The notes under the pieces were generated by a model. It was not told where the DNA came from, did no database searches, and saw nothing but the letters and a program-made list of their open reading frames with translations. The translations under genes and the position numbers were made by a program. A DNA stretch of 64,000 bases from Candidatus Latescibacterota bacterium (GTDB lineage: Bacteria; Latescibacterota; UBA2968; GCA-2709665), in NCBI GenBank assembly GCA_965208835.1, contig OZ242358.1, positions 864,001 to 928,000 on the forward strand, given 5' to 3'. Of the stretch, positions 9,905 through 19,875 are shown one piece after another (the stretch's first letter is position 1; each line of letters starts with the position of its first letter).

Positions 9905-11092
9905 ATGAAAATCAAGTCCATCCGCGCCGTAAATGTAGACTTTCCCGAGACGTACGGACACGCGAGGGCCGACGCTGTGAAATACAAGACGGCCCGCCGT
10001 CCGGCGTGGAAATCGCAGGGCCCTGTTGCCAACCCGATGACGCGGTATCCGCGTTACGCCGCGTTCCGTCCGTCCTGGTCGCCGCGATGGGGCGGCTTCG
10101 GCTGTGTCGTCGAAGGCGAAGACGGCACCCTGGGTTTCGCCACGGCCAGCCACGGGCGTCCCGTTGCGGCCATCATCGACGACTTTCTCGGACCGCGTCT
10201 CGAGGGCGAGAGTTGCCTGGCAACCGAAAAGTGCTACGACATGATGGTGCGGATGGGGGCCCCATACGGAGCGACCGGCCTGCATGCGTACGCAGTGAGC
10301 GCCATCGACCTCGCGCTGTGGGATCTGAAGGGCAAACTGCTGGACAGGCCGGTATACGAACTTCTGGGCGGGCCGGCGCGCGACGAGATGTTCTGCTACG
10401 CCACGGGCGGCGACGCCGACTGGTACCTCGAACTGGGCTTTGAGGCCATCAAACTGCCGTGCCCGTACGGTCCGGCGGACGGGCTGGAAGGTCTCAAGAA
10501 AAACGTGGATCTCGTGGCCGGCACGCGGGATCTCGCGGGCGACAACGTGGAACTGATGCTCGACTGCTGGATGGCGTTCGACGTGGAATATGCCGTTCGT
10601 CTTGCCGAGGAGCTGAGGCCGAGCAAACTCAAGTGGATGGAGGAAATGCTACGCTCGGAGGATCTCGACGCCCATGCCGAATTGCGCCGCCGGCTTCCCT
10701 GGGCTACGCTGGCCACCGGCGAACACTGGTACACAACCGTGCCTTTCCAGCACGCGGCCAGTCGGCACCTGCTGGACATCTTCCAGCCGGACATCAACTG
10801 GGTGGGCGGGATGACCGCGGTGGTCAAAATCTGTGCAATCGCCGAAGCGGCCGGCATATCGGTCATTCCACACGGGGGCGGCAATACGCCATACGGACAG
10901 CACGTGTGTTATGCAATGCCGGCGATTCCATGGACCGAGTGCTCCGTGATCAGTCCACCGGGCGTCGATCCGGAGGAAGCCGCCCGGCCGCCCGGCGCTT
11001 CCGTGCCCAGGGGCGGACGAATGAAGCCCGTGGAAGGACCGGGATTCGGTGTGGAAGTCACGGAAGCGCAGGTGTCGCCGTTTCAATATTAG
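9905..11092 (+). CDS. L-rhamnonate dehydratase-like enolase superfamily enzyme, copy 2
   Basis: 395 aa, same length as copy 1 and nearly identical to it; same catalytic motifs. Confidence 0.88.
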   Translation: MKIKSIRAVNVDFPETYGHARADAVKYKTARRPAWKSQGPVANPMTRYPRYAAFRPSWSPRWGGFGCVVEGEDGTLGFATASHGRPVAAIIDDFLGPRLEGESCLATEKCYDMMVRMGAPYGATGLHAYAVSAIDLALWDLKGKLLDRPVYELLGGPARDEMFCYATGGDADWYLELGFEAIKLPCPYGPADGLEGLKKNVDLVAGTRDLAGDNVELMLDCWMAFDVEYAVRLAEELRPSKLKWMEEMLRSEDLDAHAELRRRLPWATLATGEHWYTTVPFQHAASRHLLDIFQPDINWVGGMTAVVKICAIAEAAGISVIPHGGGNTPYGQHVCYAMPAIPWTECSVISPPGVDPEEAARPPGASVPRGGRMKPVEGPGFGVEVTEAQVSPFQY

Positions 11093-11177
11093 ACCATGGG
11101 GAAGGTTGCGTGACTGCAACGGGCATCGTCGACAGCACCGTCGGCCGGACGTCAGATTTGACGTTTCCCATCCTTAA

Positions 11178-11209
11178 GAAGCTGTGTTAAAATAACCGGT
11201 GAGTTCCCG
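11178..11209. repeat. solo end of the 735-922 MITE
   Basis: GAAGCTGTGTTAAAATAACCGGTGAGTTCCCG matches the reverse complement of 891-922 with 2 mismatches, is preceded by TAA, and abuts the ATG at 11210. Confidence 0.8.
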
Positions 11210-12934
11210 ATGAAGATAACGGCTTGCATCCTTGTGGTCGGGCTGGTAATCGGCAACACGATCGGCAATCCCTCGCCTGCGGCGGCGGGCAATGCCGTTG
11301 ACAGAGCAACCGCGAAGTGCTGGCGGTCGGCAAGTGGGCACTGTGTCTCGCGGCTGACGCTCCAGGCCGCAAGGGCTTTCGATGCGAGATCCGATTGGGA
11401 ACTGGAAATACGTGCCGGCGCGTTTGCCGCCGGCGCGGCGGCGCTGGCCCTTGCGGGCAATGCCGGGGATGCCAGGACAAACTTCGATCTGGCGGTGGCG
11501 GCGGCCAGGACCGTAAAGAGCGGATATGCGCGTGCGCGCGCGTTGCGAAACGTCGCGTCCGTGCAGGCTGAAGCCGGAGACGTGGAATCCGCGCGCGAGA
11601 CGGCCCTGTCGATCGGAGACGCTCAGGGCCGGACCGATGCGCTGGTTGGCGTAGCGTCCGCATCGGCCAGGAAAGGGGACCTTGGGTCCGCCCTGGAGAG
11701 TTTCCGGATTGCCGTCGCGACTGCCCGCTCGAATGGAACCGGCGATCGTCGCACGAGAAGTCTGAACATGGTCGCCCTGGCCCAGGCGGCGGTCGGATAC
11801 ACGGCTTCCGCCCGGAGTACAGCCAGGTCAATTGAAGATATTCAGGGTCGAATCGATGCGCTGGTCGGCGTGGCGTCGACGCTGGCGCGGCAGGGCAAGC
11901 GCGAGGACGCGAGGAGATTCTTCGATTTGGCAGTTGAGGATGCCGGTACCATCAACGACGGATATCGAAGGGCAATCGCGCTCGGAAAGGTCGCCTGGGC
12001 ACAGGCGGAAGCGGGAGAAGAAGCGGACGCCCGTAAGACGCTGGACAGAGCCCTGCAGGCCGGCGGGCAGGAGATGGACATCTACAGCGCCGGCGCGACG
12101 ATTGCTTCGCTGGCCGACGTCGACCCTTACGTTTTGATTCAGATCGCCGGGGCACAGATGAAGGTCGATGACCTGAATGGCGCCCGGAAGACCCTGGACC
12201 GGGCCTGGCAGTCCGTCAGCGAGGATGCGTCGCCGTCGCAGGTGAAATGGTTATTCAACATCGCGTCGGCACAGAACGCGGCCGGGGACGCAGAGGGCGC
12301 GAGGCGGACCATTGATACGGCCAGGAAACGCCTCATGTCGGCCGGGGATGACGAACTCGCTCAGAAACTCGTCAACCATATCGCGGCGGACCAGCTCGAG
12401 ACGCTGCTCGAAATCGCCGTTTCGAAAAACCCCGGCGATATCGAGGGAAAGAGAATTCTGGTCTATCACGTGGCGATGCGCCAGGCGCAGACGGGCGAGA
12501 CCCGTCGCAGCCTTCACCATGCGGGGATGATCGACCGGGTATCGAGGCGGGATGCCGTATTGATGGAGATCGCAAACGCCCAGGCCCGTGCCGTGCGATT
12601 CACGGCGGCAACCGAAACCGCCGTGTCAATCAGAGATTCGAACAAGAGGATCAGAGCGCTTGCTGAGATTGCGCGGGCGCAGGCCCAATCGGGCGACCTC
12701 TCCGGTTCCCGAAGGACGCTCGGAACCGCGACGGTGGAAACGACCGGATCGGGTGCGGCGGGGATCACCGCGTGGACCTTTACGGACCTTGCCAGGGCGC
12801 AGGTTGCGGCGCGTCAGACGGGTGAAGCGAAAAAGACCCTGCGGGCTGCCCTCTTGAAGCTCAAGTCCGCTTCCAACCTTGCCCGCGCCACCTGGCTCCC
12901 AGCAATACAGGAGGTGATCCTGAAGATAGAGTAG
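11210..12934 (+). CDS. secreted TPR-like alpha-helical repeat protein
   Basis: N-terminal signal peptide. Repeats of ALxxIAxAQAxAGDxxxARxT. Confidence 0.8.
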   Translation: MKITACILVVGLVIGNTIGNPSPAAAGNAVDRATAKCWRSASGHCVSRLTLQAARAFDARSDWELEIRAGAFAAGAAALALAGNAGDARTNFDLAVAAARTVKSGYARARALRNVASVQAEAGDVESARETALSIGDAQGRTDALVGVASASARKGDLGSALESFRIAVATARSNGTGDRRTRSLNMVALAQAAVGYTASARSTARSIEDIQGRIDALVGVASTLARQGKREDARRFFDLAVEDAGTINDGYRRAIALGKVAWAQAEAGEEADARKTLDRALQAGGQEMDIYSAGATIASLADVDPYVLIQIAGAQMKVDDLNGARKTLDRAWQSVSEDASPSQVKWLFNIASAQNAAGDAEGARRTIDTARKRLMSAGDDELAQKLVNHIAADQLETLLEIAVSKNPGDIEGKRILVYHVAMRQAQTGETRRSLHHAGMIDRVSRRDAVLMEIANAQARAVRFTAATETAVSIRDSNKRIRALAEIARAQAQSGDLSGSRRTLGTATVETTGSGAAGITAWTFTDLARAQVAARQTGEAKKTLRAALLKLKSASNLARATWLPAIQEVILKIE

Positions 12935-13151
12935 AAAACGACGGGAGGACGGAGATCCCGTCGTAACGCGAACCGCTGGATTGCGCGACGTAGACAGAGA
13001 CGCCTGGCAGCAATAGCGCATTTTTTTACGGCGAACCGCCAGTTCGCGGTACGGGGGTGTGTGGCAGTTTACGGTACGGACGGATTGGCCGCGCCGCGAT
13101 ACGACTCCGGTTTGGTCGCGCGAGATGGTATTTCACGGCCTGTTGCACAAT

Positions 13152-13185
13152 AAAAAAACGGACGCCGACACGTCGGCGTCCGTTT
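13152..13185 (-). terminator. rho-independent terminator of the csp gene (possibly bidirectional)
   Basis: AAACGGACGCCGAC-AC-GTCGGCGTCCGTTT stem. The A7 tract reads as U7 on the minus strand. Confidence 0.85.
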
Positions 13186-13209
13186 GTACGTACGAAATCT
13201 CCGTTTACC

Positions 13210-13410
13210 TTATCGTTTCGTCACATTCGCCGCCTGGAGCCCCTTGGGACCCTCGACGATATCGAATTCGACCTCATCACCCTCGGCCAGAGACTTGAAA
13301 CCCTCAGCCTGGATTGCCGAAAAATGCACGAACACGTCTTCTCCGCCGTCCTGCTCGATGAAACCAAAGCCCTTGGCGTCGTTGAACCACTTCACTCGAC
13401 CGTCAGCCAC
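13210..13410 (-). CDS. cspA: cold-shock protein
   Basis: [15 protein letters not shown]...DVFVHFSAI...[10 protein letters not shown] (RNP1/RNP2). AGGTGG SD. Confidence 0.96.
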   Translation of the reverse strand: MADGRVKWFNDAKGFGFIEQDGGEDVFVHFSAIQAEGFKSLAEGDEVEFDIVEGPKGLQAANVTKR

Positions 13411-13736
13411 TGCTAATTCACCACCTTTCTACCTTGAACTGAATGTGCAGGCAATTAAAAAAGGCAAGGACCGAAAATTCTGATCCTTGCCGCATCGTTT
13501 TTTTCGACTGCACAGGAGACAGAAACAACGTCCTTCTATTTACAACGTCACAATCAAAGTTAATACCTTCCAGTTCGAATGTCAACTCATTTTTTCGCAT
13601 TTTGCTGATTATTCGATTGCCAGCTTATTCCGTCCCGGCAACAGGTTAACTGGATTCGGCCGATCAGAAGCAGCAAAAACAGCTATCAGTTCTCAGCCGT
13701 CAGCTAACATACCCCCCATCCCCCCGTCAGCCACCG

Positions 13737-13868
13737 GGTGAGACGGGAGAGGGGAGAGGGGAGAGATTGCCTGCCCTGTCAGGTTTCTTCTCGTGCCGGA
13801 GGCGAGGAGGAATAACATACCAGGCAAGGATTTCTTCTACCGTCTTACGTCTACCGTCTCACCGTCTC
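13737..13868. repeat. ~125-bp dispersed repeat, copy 1
   Basis: Aligns with 24611-24733 (GGGAGAGGGGAGAGATTGCCTGCC..AGGTTTCTTCTC..AGGAGGAAT..CTACCGTCT). The heptamer arms are mutually complementary. Confidence 0.8.
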
Positions 13869-13984
13869 TGGAAAATGCGCAAGGGAATGGGGGACGTTAA
13901 GGGGTTGGGGGAAATTGTCTAAGATGAAGTTGCGATTCACCCGCGTGCCGGCCTGGACGAATCAACCAGGTGGATTCCAGTGAA

Positions 13985-14311
13985 TCAGTGCGTCGAGTTG
14001 GACAGATGCAGGCCGGTCACGCCGCCGACAATCAACGCGATGGAGAGCAGCTTGACCGCGGTGACCGGCTCTTTGAAGTACCAGAAACCGATGACGCTGA
14101 TGATAGCCGTTCCCAGGCCGGCCCATACAGCGTATGCAATACTGACCGGGATCTGTTTAAGCGCCATCGTAAGGCCCGCCAGGGAGGCCAGATAAAAAAC
14201 GGCGACCCCGATAGAGGGCAACAGACGGGCGAATCCATCCGAGAGTTTCATGCACGTCGTCCCTGCCACCTCAAGAACGATGGCGAGAAAAAGATAGAAC
14301 CAGCTGGCCAT
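13985..14311 (-). CDS. SMR/DMT family multidrug efflux transporter (Qac/EmrE-like)
   Basis: WFYLFLAIVLEVAGTTCMKLSDGF with the conserved TM1 Glu, AYAVWAGLG, and four TM helices. AAGGAG SD before ATG 14311. Confidence 0.92.
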   Translation of the reverse strand: MASWFYLFLAIVLEVAGTTCMKLSDGFARLLPSIGVAVFYLASLAGLTMALKQIPVSIAYAVWAGLGTAIISVIGFWYFKEPVTAVKLLSIALIVGGVTGLHLSNSTH

Positions 14312-14391
14312 TGACAGGTCTCCTTCAGTGCTCAGTCTCGAAAATATCTCACCATTCGGCCGCTGCCTCATCCTGTCTCGCTGCGTTGCTT

Positions 14392-14476
14392 GTGCTGAGC
14401 TTGTCGAAGTGCCCTCGCTCGCCGACCTTGTCCAGGTCGCCTGCGTTCAGACGCTGGTTCCTGAGCCTGTCGAAGG
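14392..14476. repeat. two REP-like CTGAGCYTGTCGAAG motifs
   Basis: GTGCTGAGCTTGTCGAAGT (14392-14410) and CCTGAGCCTGTCGAAGG (14460-14476). Confidence 0.65.
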
Positions 14477-14645
14477 ATGCGAGCCGGGCGACTCGGCGGC
14501 CGAATTCAGCCAACCTATTTCCGCGACAGAACACCTGGGCTGGTGGTTGAGGTTGACTTTCCCGGGGTACGTTGGCATTTTAGCCACGTTCTGCGGGCGA
14601 GGCAAACGCAATTGAGCGGGTTTATTCAACGGAAGGGGCAATTGA

Positions 14646-15512
14646 ATGGCATTACCGATCATTATGCACGTGAATTATTGTGAACAGGGACAGACGATCC
14701 CGGAGATGTGCCGGAAGGCAGTGGGCTGGGGGTACGACGGGATCGAGTTCCGCCGTCATCGCAGGGGTGAAGAGGAGACGCCGGAACAATACCTGGATAC
14801 GATCGCCTCGGCCGCGGAAGCCTCCGGGTTGAAGCACGTGCTGTTCGGTGGCCCCGGGGTGGAACTGACGCAGGAAGACGCCGCCATCCGCAGGGCGCAG
14901 GTTGAGGAGGGGATCCGGTTCTATCGACTCGCTGGCGAACGGCTGAATCTCACGGTCTGCAATATCATGGCCGGGACGCTGCGAAGTTCGAACCCCAATG
15001 CGGGGTCGGCCCATCATCTGCACGGGTCCGGCGCCGCGTCGGCGCATCATTACACGTGGGCGGCCGAGGGGTTCAGGGAGCTCGGCGCGGTCGCCGAGGA
15101 GATTGGATTCAGGCTCGCCTTCGAGATCCACATGGGCTATGTTCACGACCTGCCGGCGCCCACGATGAAACTTCTGGATATGATCGGCTCCCCGTTCGTG
15201 GGGGCGAACCTGGACTATGGGAACATGGTGTATTTCCCGGCCTGTCCTTCAATCGGCGAGACTGTTTCCGCACTGGGAGAGAAGCTGTTCATGGTGCATC
15301 TGAAAAACTCGATGCCCGCCGGAGACGGAAGAAACGCCGTGGGATTGGGCGACGGGATTATCAACCACCGGGAGTATCTGCTGGCGCTGATGCGTGCCGG
15401 ATTCAGCGGTCCCTTGTGTATCGAAGCCCCGAGGGCGGGCGACCGGGAGTGGTTCGCGCAGCAGGATATCGCATATCTGAGGTCGGTATTGAAAGATTTG
15501 GCGTGGGAGTAA
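14646..15512 (+). CDS. sugar phosphate isomerase/epimerase (xylose isomerase-like TIM barrel)
   Basis: GYDGIE, LAFEIH, ANLDYGN, VHLKN, GDGIIN and GPLCIE motifs. Confidence 0.88.
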   Translation: MALPIIMHVNYCEQGQTIPEMCRKAVGWGYDGIEFRRHRRGEEETPEQYLDTIASAAEASGLKHVLFGGPGVELTQEDAAIRRAQVEEGIRFYRLAGERLNLTVCNIMAGTLRSSNPNAGSAHHLHGSGAASAHHYTWAAEGFRELGAVAEEIGFRLAFEIHMGYVHDLPAPTMKLLDMIGSPFVGANLDYGNMVYFPACPSIGETVSALGEKLFMVHLKNSMPAGDGRNAVGLGDGIINHREYLLALMRAGFSGPLCIEAPRAGDREWFAQQDIAYLRSVLKDLAWE

Positions 15513-15565
15513 CGGCGGTGTCCGGTTGTGCGTTCCGGCCGATCGGGAATTTGAATATCGTTTGC

Positions 15566-16540
15566 TTACTTCAGCACCAGGCATGACGCACCCAGGACGC
15601 CTGCGTCGTTGCCCAGTTCGGCGGGCAGGATCCGGGTGTGATCGAACATCCCTTCAAGGGTGTATTCCCGCGCCGCGGCGTCGATGGGGTCGAGAAGAAC
15701 GCGTCCGGCCGCGGAGATTCCGCCGCCGATGGCGATTACGTCAGGGCTGATCACATTAATAACGTTGGCAATGGCAATGCCGAGATAACGTGCAACGCGG
15801 GCAACGGCTTCACAGGCGAGGCCGTCGCCGTTTTTCGCGGCCGTGCAGATGGTTTCCGGTGAGAGGGGTTCCGTGTCCGAGAGAGAAGTGGACACCGCTT
15901 CCGGCAGGCGGCCGCGAACGTAGCGGACCATCGCGGGGCCGGCGGTGAAGGCTTCCAGGCATCCCTTCTTTCCGCATCCGCAGACCGGGCCGTCGGGGTC
16001 CATGCACATGTGCCCGATTTCCCCCGCCGCGAAGGAGGCGCCGTGGTGAATGCCGCCGCCCAGTACGAGTCCCCCGCCAATGCCCGTCCCAAGGGTGATG
16101 AGAAAGAGGGACTCGCATCCCCGCCCCGCGCCCAGGCGGGCTTCCCCGATCGCGGCGACGCTGGCGTCGTTGTCGATTTCAACGGGCAGCCGGATCCTTT
16201 CCTCGAGGATCCGCTTGAAAGGGACGTGGCGCCAGTGGAGGTTCGGGGCGATGATGACGTCGCCCTCCGACGTCGTGACGCCTGGCACGCCGATACCGAC
16301 GCCCGCGATGTCATCGTTCGACAGGCCCTGTCCATCGCGGAGGGATCCGAATAGCGCCGCAATCCGGTCCGCCACGCCGTGTTCACCACTCTCCACGTCC
16401 GTAGGACAGCGGTCTTTGGCTTCGATTCGACCGTCGGCCGCGATAAGCGCGCCTTTGATGCTGCCGCCGCCGAGATCGATGCCGACCGCATGTTGAGGTT
16501 GACCGGCCAATGTGAGTCCTTCCGGCTGGCGCCTGTCCAC
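15566..16540 (-). CDS. ROK family sugar kinase (glucokinase-like)
   Basis: GIDLGG, DNDAS, TLGTGIGGG, GEIGH and CGCGKKGCLE. Confidence 0.93.
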   Translation of the reverse strand: MDRRQPEGLTLAGQPQHAVGIDLGGGSIKGALIAADGRIEAKDRCPTDVESGEHGVADRIAALFGSLRDGQGLSNDDIAGVGIGVPGVTTSEGDVIIAPNLHWRHVPFKRILEERIRLPVEIDNDASVAAIGEARLGAGRGCESLFLITLGTGIGGGLVLGGGIHHGASFAAGEIGHMCMDPDGPVCGCGKKGCLEAFTAGPAMVRYVRGRLPEAVSTSLSDTEPLSPETICTAAKNGDGLACEAVARVARYLGIAIANVINVISPDVIAIGGGISAAGRVLLDPIDAAAREYTLEGMFDHTRILPAELGNDAGVLGASCLVLK

Positions 16541-16609
16541 GACCCCGTCCGTATCAGAAAGAACGAGGGAAATGGGTCGTCGCTGCGCGGGCAGGATCGG
16601 AGACGCGGA

Positions 16610-16930
16610 TCAGGCGTTCTCGGCGATCCAGTTCAGGTAAGGCGGGAAACCCTGGTGGATGGGAAGCGCGATGATCTCCGGCACCTCGTAACTGTGCAGT
16701 TCGTTCGCACGGTCGATCAGCGCGTCGAGGCTGGCCAGTGACGTTTTGAGGACCATCAGGTATTCGGCATCGTCTTCGATGGCGTCCTGCCAGCGGTATA
16801 TGGACCGGACCTGTCCAGTGATATTGGCGCACGCGGCCAGGCGTTCTTCAACCAGCGTGCGGCCGATCCGGGCAGCTTCCGCTTCGCTCGGGGCGGTGAC
16901 GAAAACGACGTAATTCCTTACCTCAGACAT
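16610..16930 (-). CDS. cutA: divalent-cation tolerance protein CutA
   Basis: LVEERLAACAN, SIYRWQ and HSYEVPEIIALP. Confidence 0.93.
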   Translation of the reverse strand: MSEVRNYVVFVTAPSEAEAARIGRTLVEERLAACANITGQVRSIYRWQDAIEDDAEYLMVLKTSLASLDALIDRANELHSYEVPEIIALPIHQGFPPYLNWIAENA

Positions 16931-17157
16931 GGAATGAACTCCGAAAGTGGAAGCCCGTACAATAAGCTTTGCGACACGGTCTGCGGGCAGGCTCCAAATT
17001 GGATCCGGCACCATGCCGCCGGGACAGTTCCGTCAATTCGCACCGCTGAAGATATGCAGAAGGATGGGAAAGTCAAGGCGAGAATGGGCTTGAATTGACG
17101 TCAGGAAAGCAGGCTTCGCCGGCGGCTCTCTGCGCGAATTTGAGGTATTCAGACGAA

Positions 17158-18255
17158 ATGGAATCGGTACGAACTGACCGCTGTGACGGTCTCGATCCGC
17201 AGCGTCTGATGCGGGTCCGCGAGGTGCTTGAACGCCACGTCCGGGCGAAAAGTACGCCAGGTGCTGTTGGCCTCGCGGTGCGAGGCACGGGTGAGGTTGC
17301 GTGCTGGACGGCGGGGCGGCACACGTACGAGCCGGACTCACCGAGAGTGTGTGAGGACGACCTGTACGATCTCGCGTCGCTGACCAAGGTGGTCGTGACA
17401 ACGTCGATCTGTATGGTGCTTGAACCTCATCTGAACCTGGATGAGCGGGTGGACAAGCACCTGCCGGCGTTCCAGGGGGACGGTAAAGATGGCGTGACGA
17501 TCAGGCATCTTCTGGCTCATTGCGCGGGACTGCCTGCCCACCAGCGTTTTTTTGAGACTTTCACGGGCAGGGACGCGGTACTCTCGGCGGCGTGCGGAAC
17601 GCCTCTCGCGTACCCCCCGGGGACCAGGACGATTTATAGCGATCTCAGTTTTCTGTTGCTTGGCGCGGCCGTCGAGCGCGCGGGCGGGGCGCCGCTGGAG
17701 GTACTTGCCCGGCGGTACGTCCTGGGTCCTGTCGGGATGGCAGAGACGATGTATCTGCCATCCCGAGAGCTGGTGGGCAGGATTCCGCCAACGGAATTTC
17801 AGGCCGAGCAGCGCAGGGGGCTGATTCATGGCCAGGTGCACGATGGAAACGCCTGGGCGATGGGCGGGGTGGCGCCGCACGCGGGACTCTTCGGGACCGC
17901 GGCTGACCTTGGGCGTTTCCTGGAGGTGATCCTGAATGGAGGGAAAGTCGCGGGAACCCGCGTGTTTTCCGAAGCTGCGATCCGCCGGTTCACGTCGCGG
18001 GCCGGATTGGCGCCCGGCAGTACCCGCGCGCTCGGCTGGGATACGGTATCGACGGTGGGGAGTTCAGCGGGCCGGCATTTTTCCGTCCGGTCGTTCGGGC
18101 ATACCGGATTTACGGGGACTTCCGTCTGGGTGGATCCCGAACGAGGCGTGGGCGTGGTACTTCTGACGAATCGGGTGCATCCTACCCGCGAGAACGAGGG
18201 GATTCGGAGATTGCGCCCCGAGTTTCACGATGCGGTGATGGAAGCGGTTATATAG
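17158..18255 (+). CDS. serine hydrolase, beta-lactamase class C-like
   Basis: SLTK (SxxK), YSD, VHDGNA, HAGLFG and GHTGFTGT. Confidence 0.9.
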   Translation: MESVRTDRCDGLDPQRLMRVREVLERHVRAKSTPGAVGLAVRGTGEVACWTAGRHTYEPDSPRVCEDDLYDLASLTKVVVTTSICMVLEPHLNLDERVDKHLPAFQGDGKDGVTIRHLLAHCAGLPAHQRFFETFTGRDAVLSAACGTPLAYPPGTRTIYSDLSFLLLGAAVERAGGAPLEVLARRYVLGPVGMAETMYLPSRELVGRIPPTEFQAEQRRGLIHGQVHDGNAWAMGGVAPHAGLFGTAADLGRFLEVILNGGKVAGTRVFSEAAIRRFTSRAGLAPGSTRALGWDTVSTVGSSAGRHFSVRSFGHTGFTGTSVWVDPERGVGVVLLTNRVHPTRENEGIRRLRPEFHDAVMEAVI

Positions 18256-18321
18256 TAAACGCGGGAGCCCGGGTCGGTATCGACTGGCGGAAAAATGGTC
18301 CGTAAGTCTCGAACCGGGACG

Positions 18322-19875
18322 CTATTGCACCACCTGGTTGAGGTAATCCAGGTCCAGTTCGGGGTACGCAGGGTAGCGTTCAAGCAGGTGCGCCACCGCC
18401 TCGCGGGCTTCCTCGAGCGCCGCCGGGCGGGTCCTGAAACGCGCCTTGCTCGGCTTTCCGGTGAGTGCGCCTTTCTTGATGCGGACTGGCCGCGTGTTGG
18501 AAAGCACAAGGCGCAATATAGCGGCGATCTTCCCCATATCTTCCGCTCCCATACCCAGCGTCGTAAGGGCGGGTGTGCCGAGCCGAAGGCCGCTCGTATA
18601 CCAGACGCCGTTCGTATCGAAGGGCAGGGCATTGCGGTTGAGGGTGATCCGGGCGGCACGAAGGGCGGCTTCCGCCTGTCTTCCGGTCAGGCCGAGTGGC
18701 GTCACGTCGATGAGTACCATGTGGTTGTCCGTGCCGCCTGTGAGTACGCCGAGCCCTTCCGCGACGCAGGCTTCGGCCAGGTCTGCGGCGTTCTCCACAA
18801 TGCGGCGCGCGTAGTTCTTGAATGTATCCGCTCCGGCCTCCTGAAAGGCGACGGCCTTGGCCGCGATCGCGTGCGGCAACGGACCGCCCAGCACCATCGG
18901 GCACCCCCGGTCCACGTGTTCGGCGTATTCTTCCTTGCAGAGAACCATGCCGCCCCGCGGGCCTCTGAGGGTCTTGTGTGTCGTGGTCGTCACAACGTCG
19001 GCGTGGGCAACGGGATCGTAGTCGCCGGTGAAGACCTTGCCCGCCACCAGACCGGCAAAGTGCGCCATGTCCGCCATGAAGACCGCGCCGACCTCATCCG
19101 CGATTTCCCTGAAGACCCGAAAGTTGATCTTTCGGGTGTACGCGCTGTACCCGGCCAGCAGAATCAGGGGTCTGAACGCCTTGGCCTGGCTGCGGATCCG
19201 TTCGTAATCGATGAGTTTTGTCTCCGGGTCCACACCGTAGGTTTCTACGTGGAACATCTTGGCAGAGACGTTTTGCCGGTATCCGTGGGTGAGGTGGCCG
19301 CCAGAGTAGTAATCGAGACCCAATAATTTCTGGTTGCCCAGCGCGGTTCTCAGTTCCCGCCAGTCGTCTTCGGAAAGGGCCGAGGGATCAGTGTGTCCCG
19401 TTCGTTCCATGAACGGCGCCTGAATGCGAGCGGAAAGGATGGCCCAGAACGCCACTAGGTTTGCGTCGGCGCCGGAATGAGGCTGTACGTAGGCATGGTC
19501 CGCCCCGAAGAGGTCTCGGGCCAGGGAAGCGGCGTGTTTTTCTACGGTGTCGACGTTGTCGCAGCCGGCGTAGAAGCGACGTTCGGGCACGCCTTCGGCA
19601 TACTTGTCGGTGAAGAGATTGCCCTGCGCGAGCTGTACGGCCAGCGAGCAGTAGTTCTCGCTGGCGATCATCTTCAGGTTGCCGCGCTGGTCCTCGAGTT
19701 CGGAAACGATGGATGCCGCCACCTGGGGCGAGACTGCGTTGATCTGTTCGAGTGACGCGAGGCAGGCCACAAACCCGGGATCCGCGGGATTGCCATTGGC
19801 GGCGGATTCGGAAAGATACCTGGCAAGCGGCGATGTCGAGCGTTTCATATCGGCTGTAGGTGTTGCCTGAACCAT
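18322..19875 (-). CDS. glyA: serine hydroxymethyltransferase (long form)
   Basis: [36 protein letters not shown] and the PLP lysine motif [13 protein letters not shown]. Confidence 0.96.
   Translation of the reverse strand: MVQATPTADMKRSTSPLARYLSESAANGNPADPGFVACLASLEQINAVSPQVAASIVSELEDQRGNLKMIASENYCSLAVQLAQGNLFTDKYAEGVPERRFYAGCDNVDTVEKHAASLARDLFGADHAYVQPHSGADANLVAFWAILSARIQAPFMERTGHTDPSALSEDDWRELRTALGNQKLLGLDYYSGGHLTHGYRQNVSAKMFHVETYGVDPETKLIDYERIRSQAKAFRPLILLAGYSAYTRKINFRVFREIADEVGAVFMADMAHFAGLVAGKVFTGDYDPVAHADVVTTTTHKTLRGPRGGMVLCKEEYAEHVDRGCPMVLGGPLPHAIAAKAVAFQEAGADTFKNYARRIVENAADLAEACVAEGLGVLTGGTDNHMVLIDVTPLGLTGRQAEAALRAARITLNRNALPFDTNGVWYTSGLRLGTPALTTLGMGAEDMGKIAAILRLVLSNTRPVRIKKGALTGKPSKARFRTRPAALEEAREAVAHLLERYPAYPELDLDYLNQVVQ

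Noticed and set aside
14312-14530. Guanidine riboswitch upstream of the SMR gene
   Set aside because: No ykkC or mini-ykkC motifs seen. The transporter has Qac-type rather than Gdx-type TM1 residues, and the region holds REP-like repeats.
17158-18255. Bona fide beta-lactamase resistance gene (likewise the AAC(3)-like and APH-like genes as proven resistance genes)
   Set aside because: Only family-level motifs are visible. These families contain many non-resistance enzymes.
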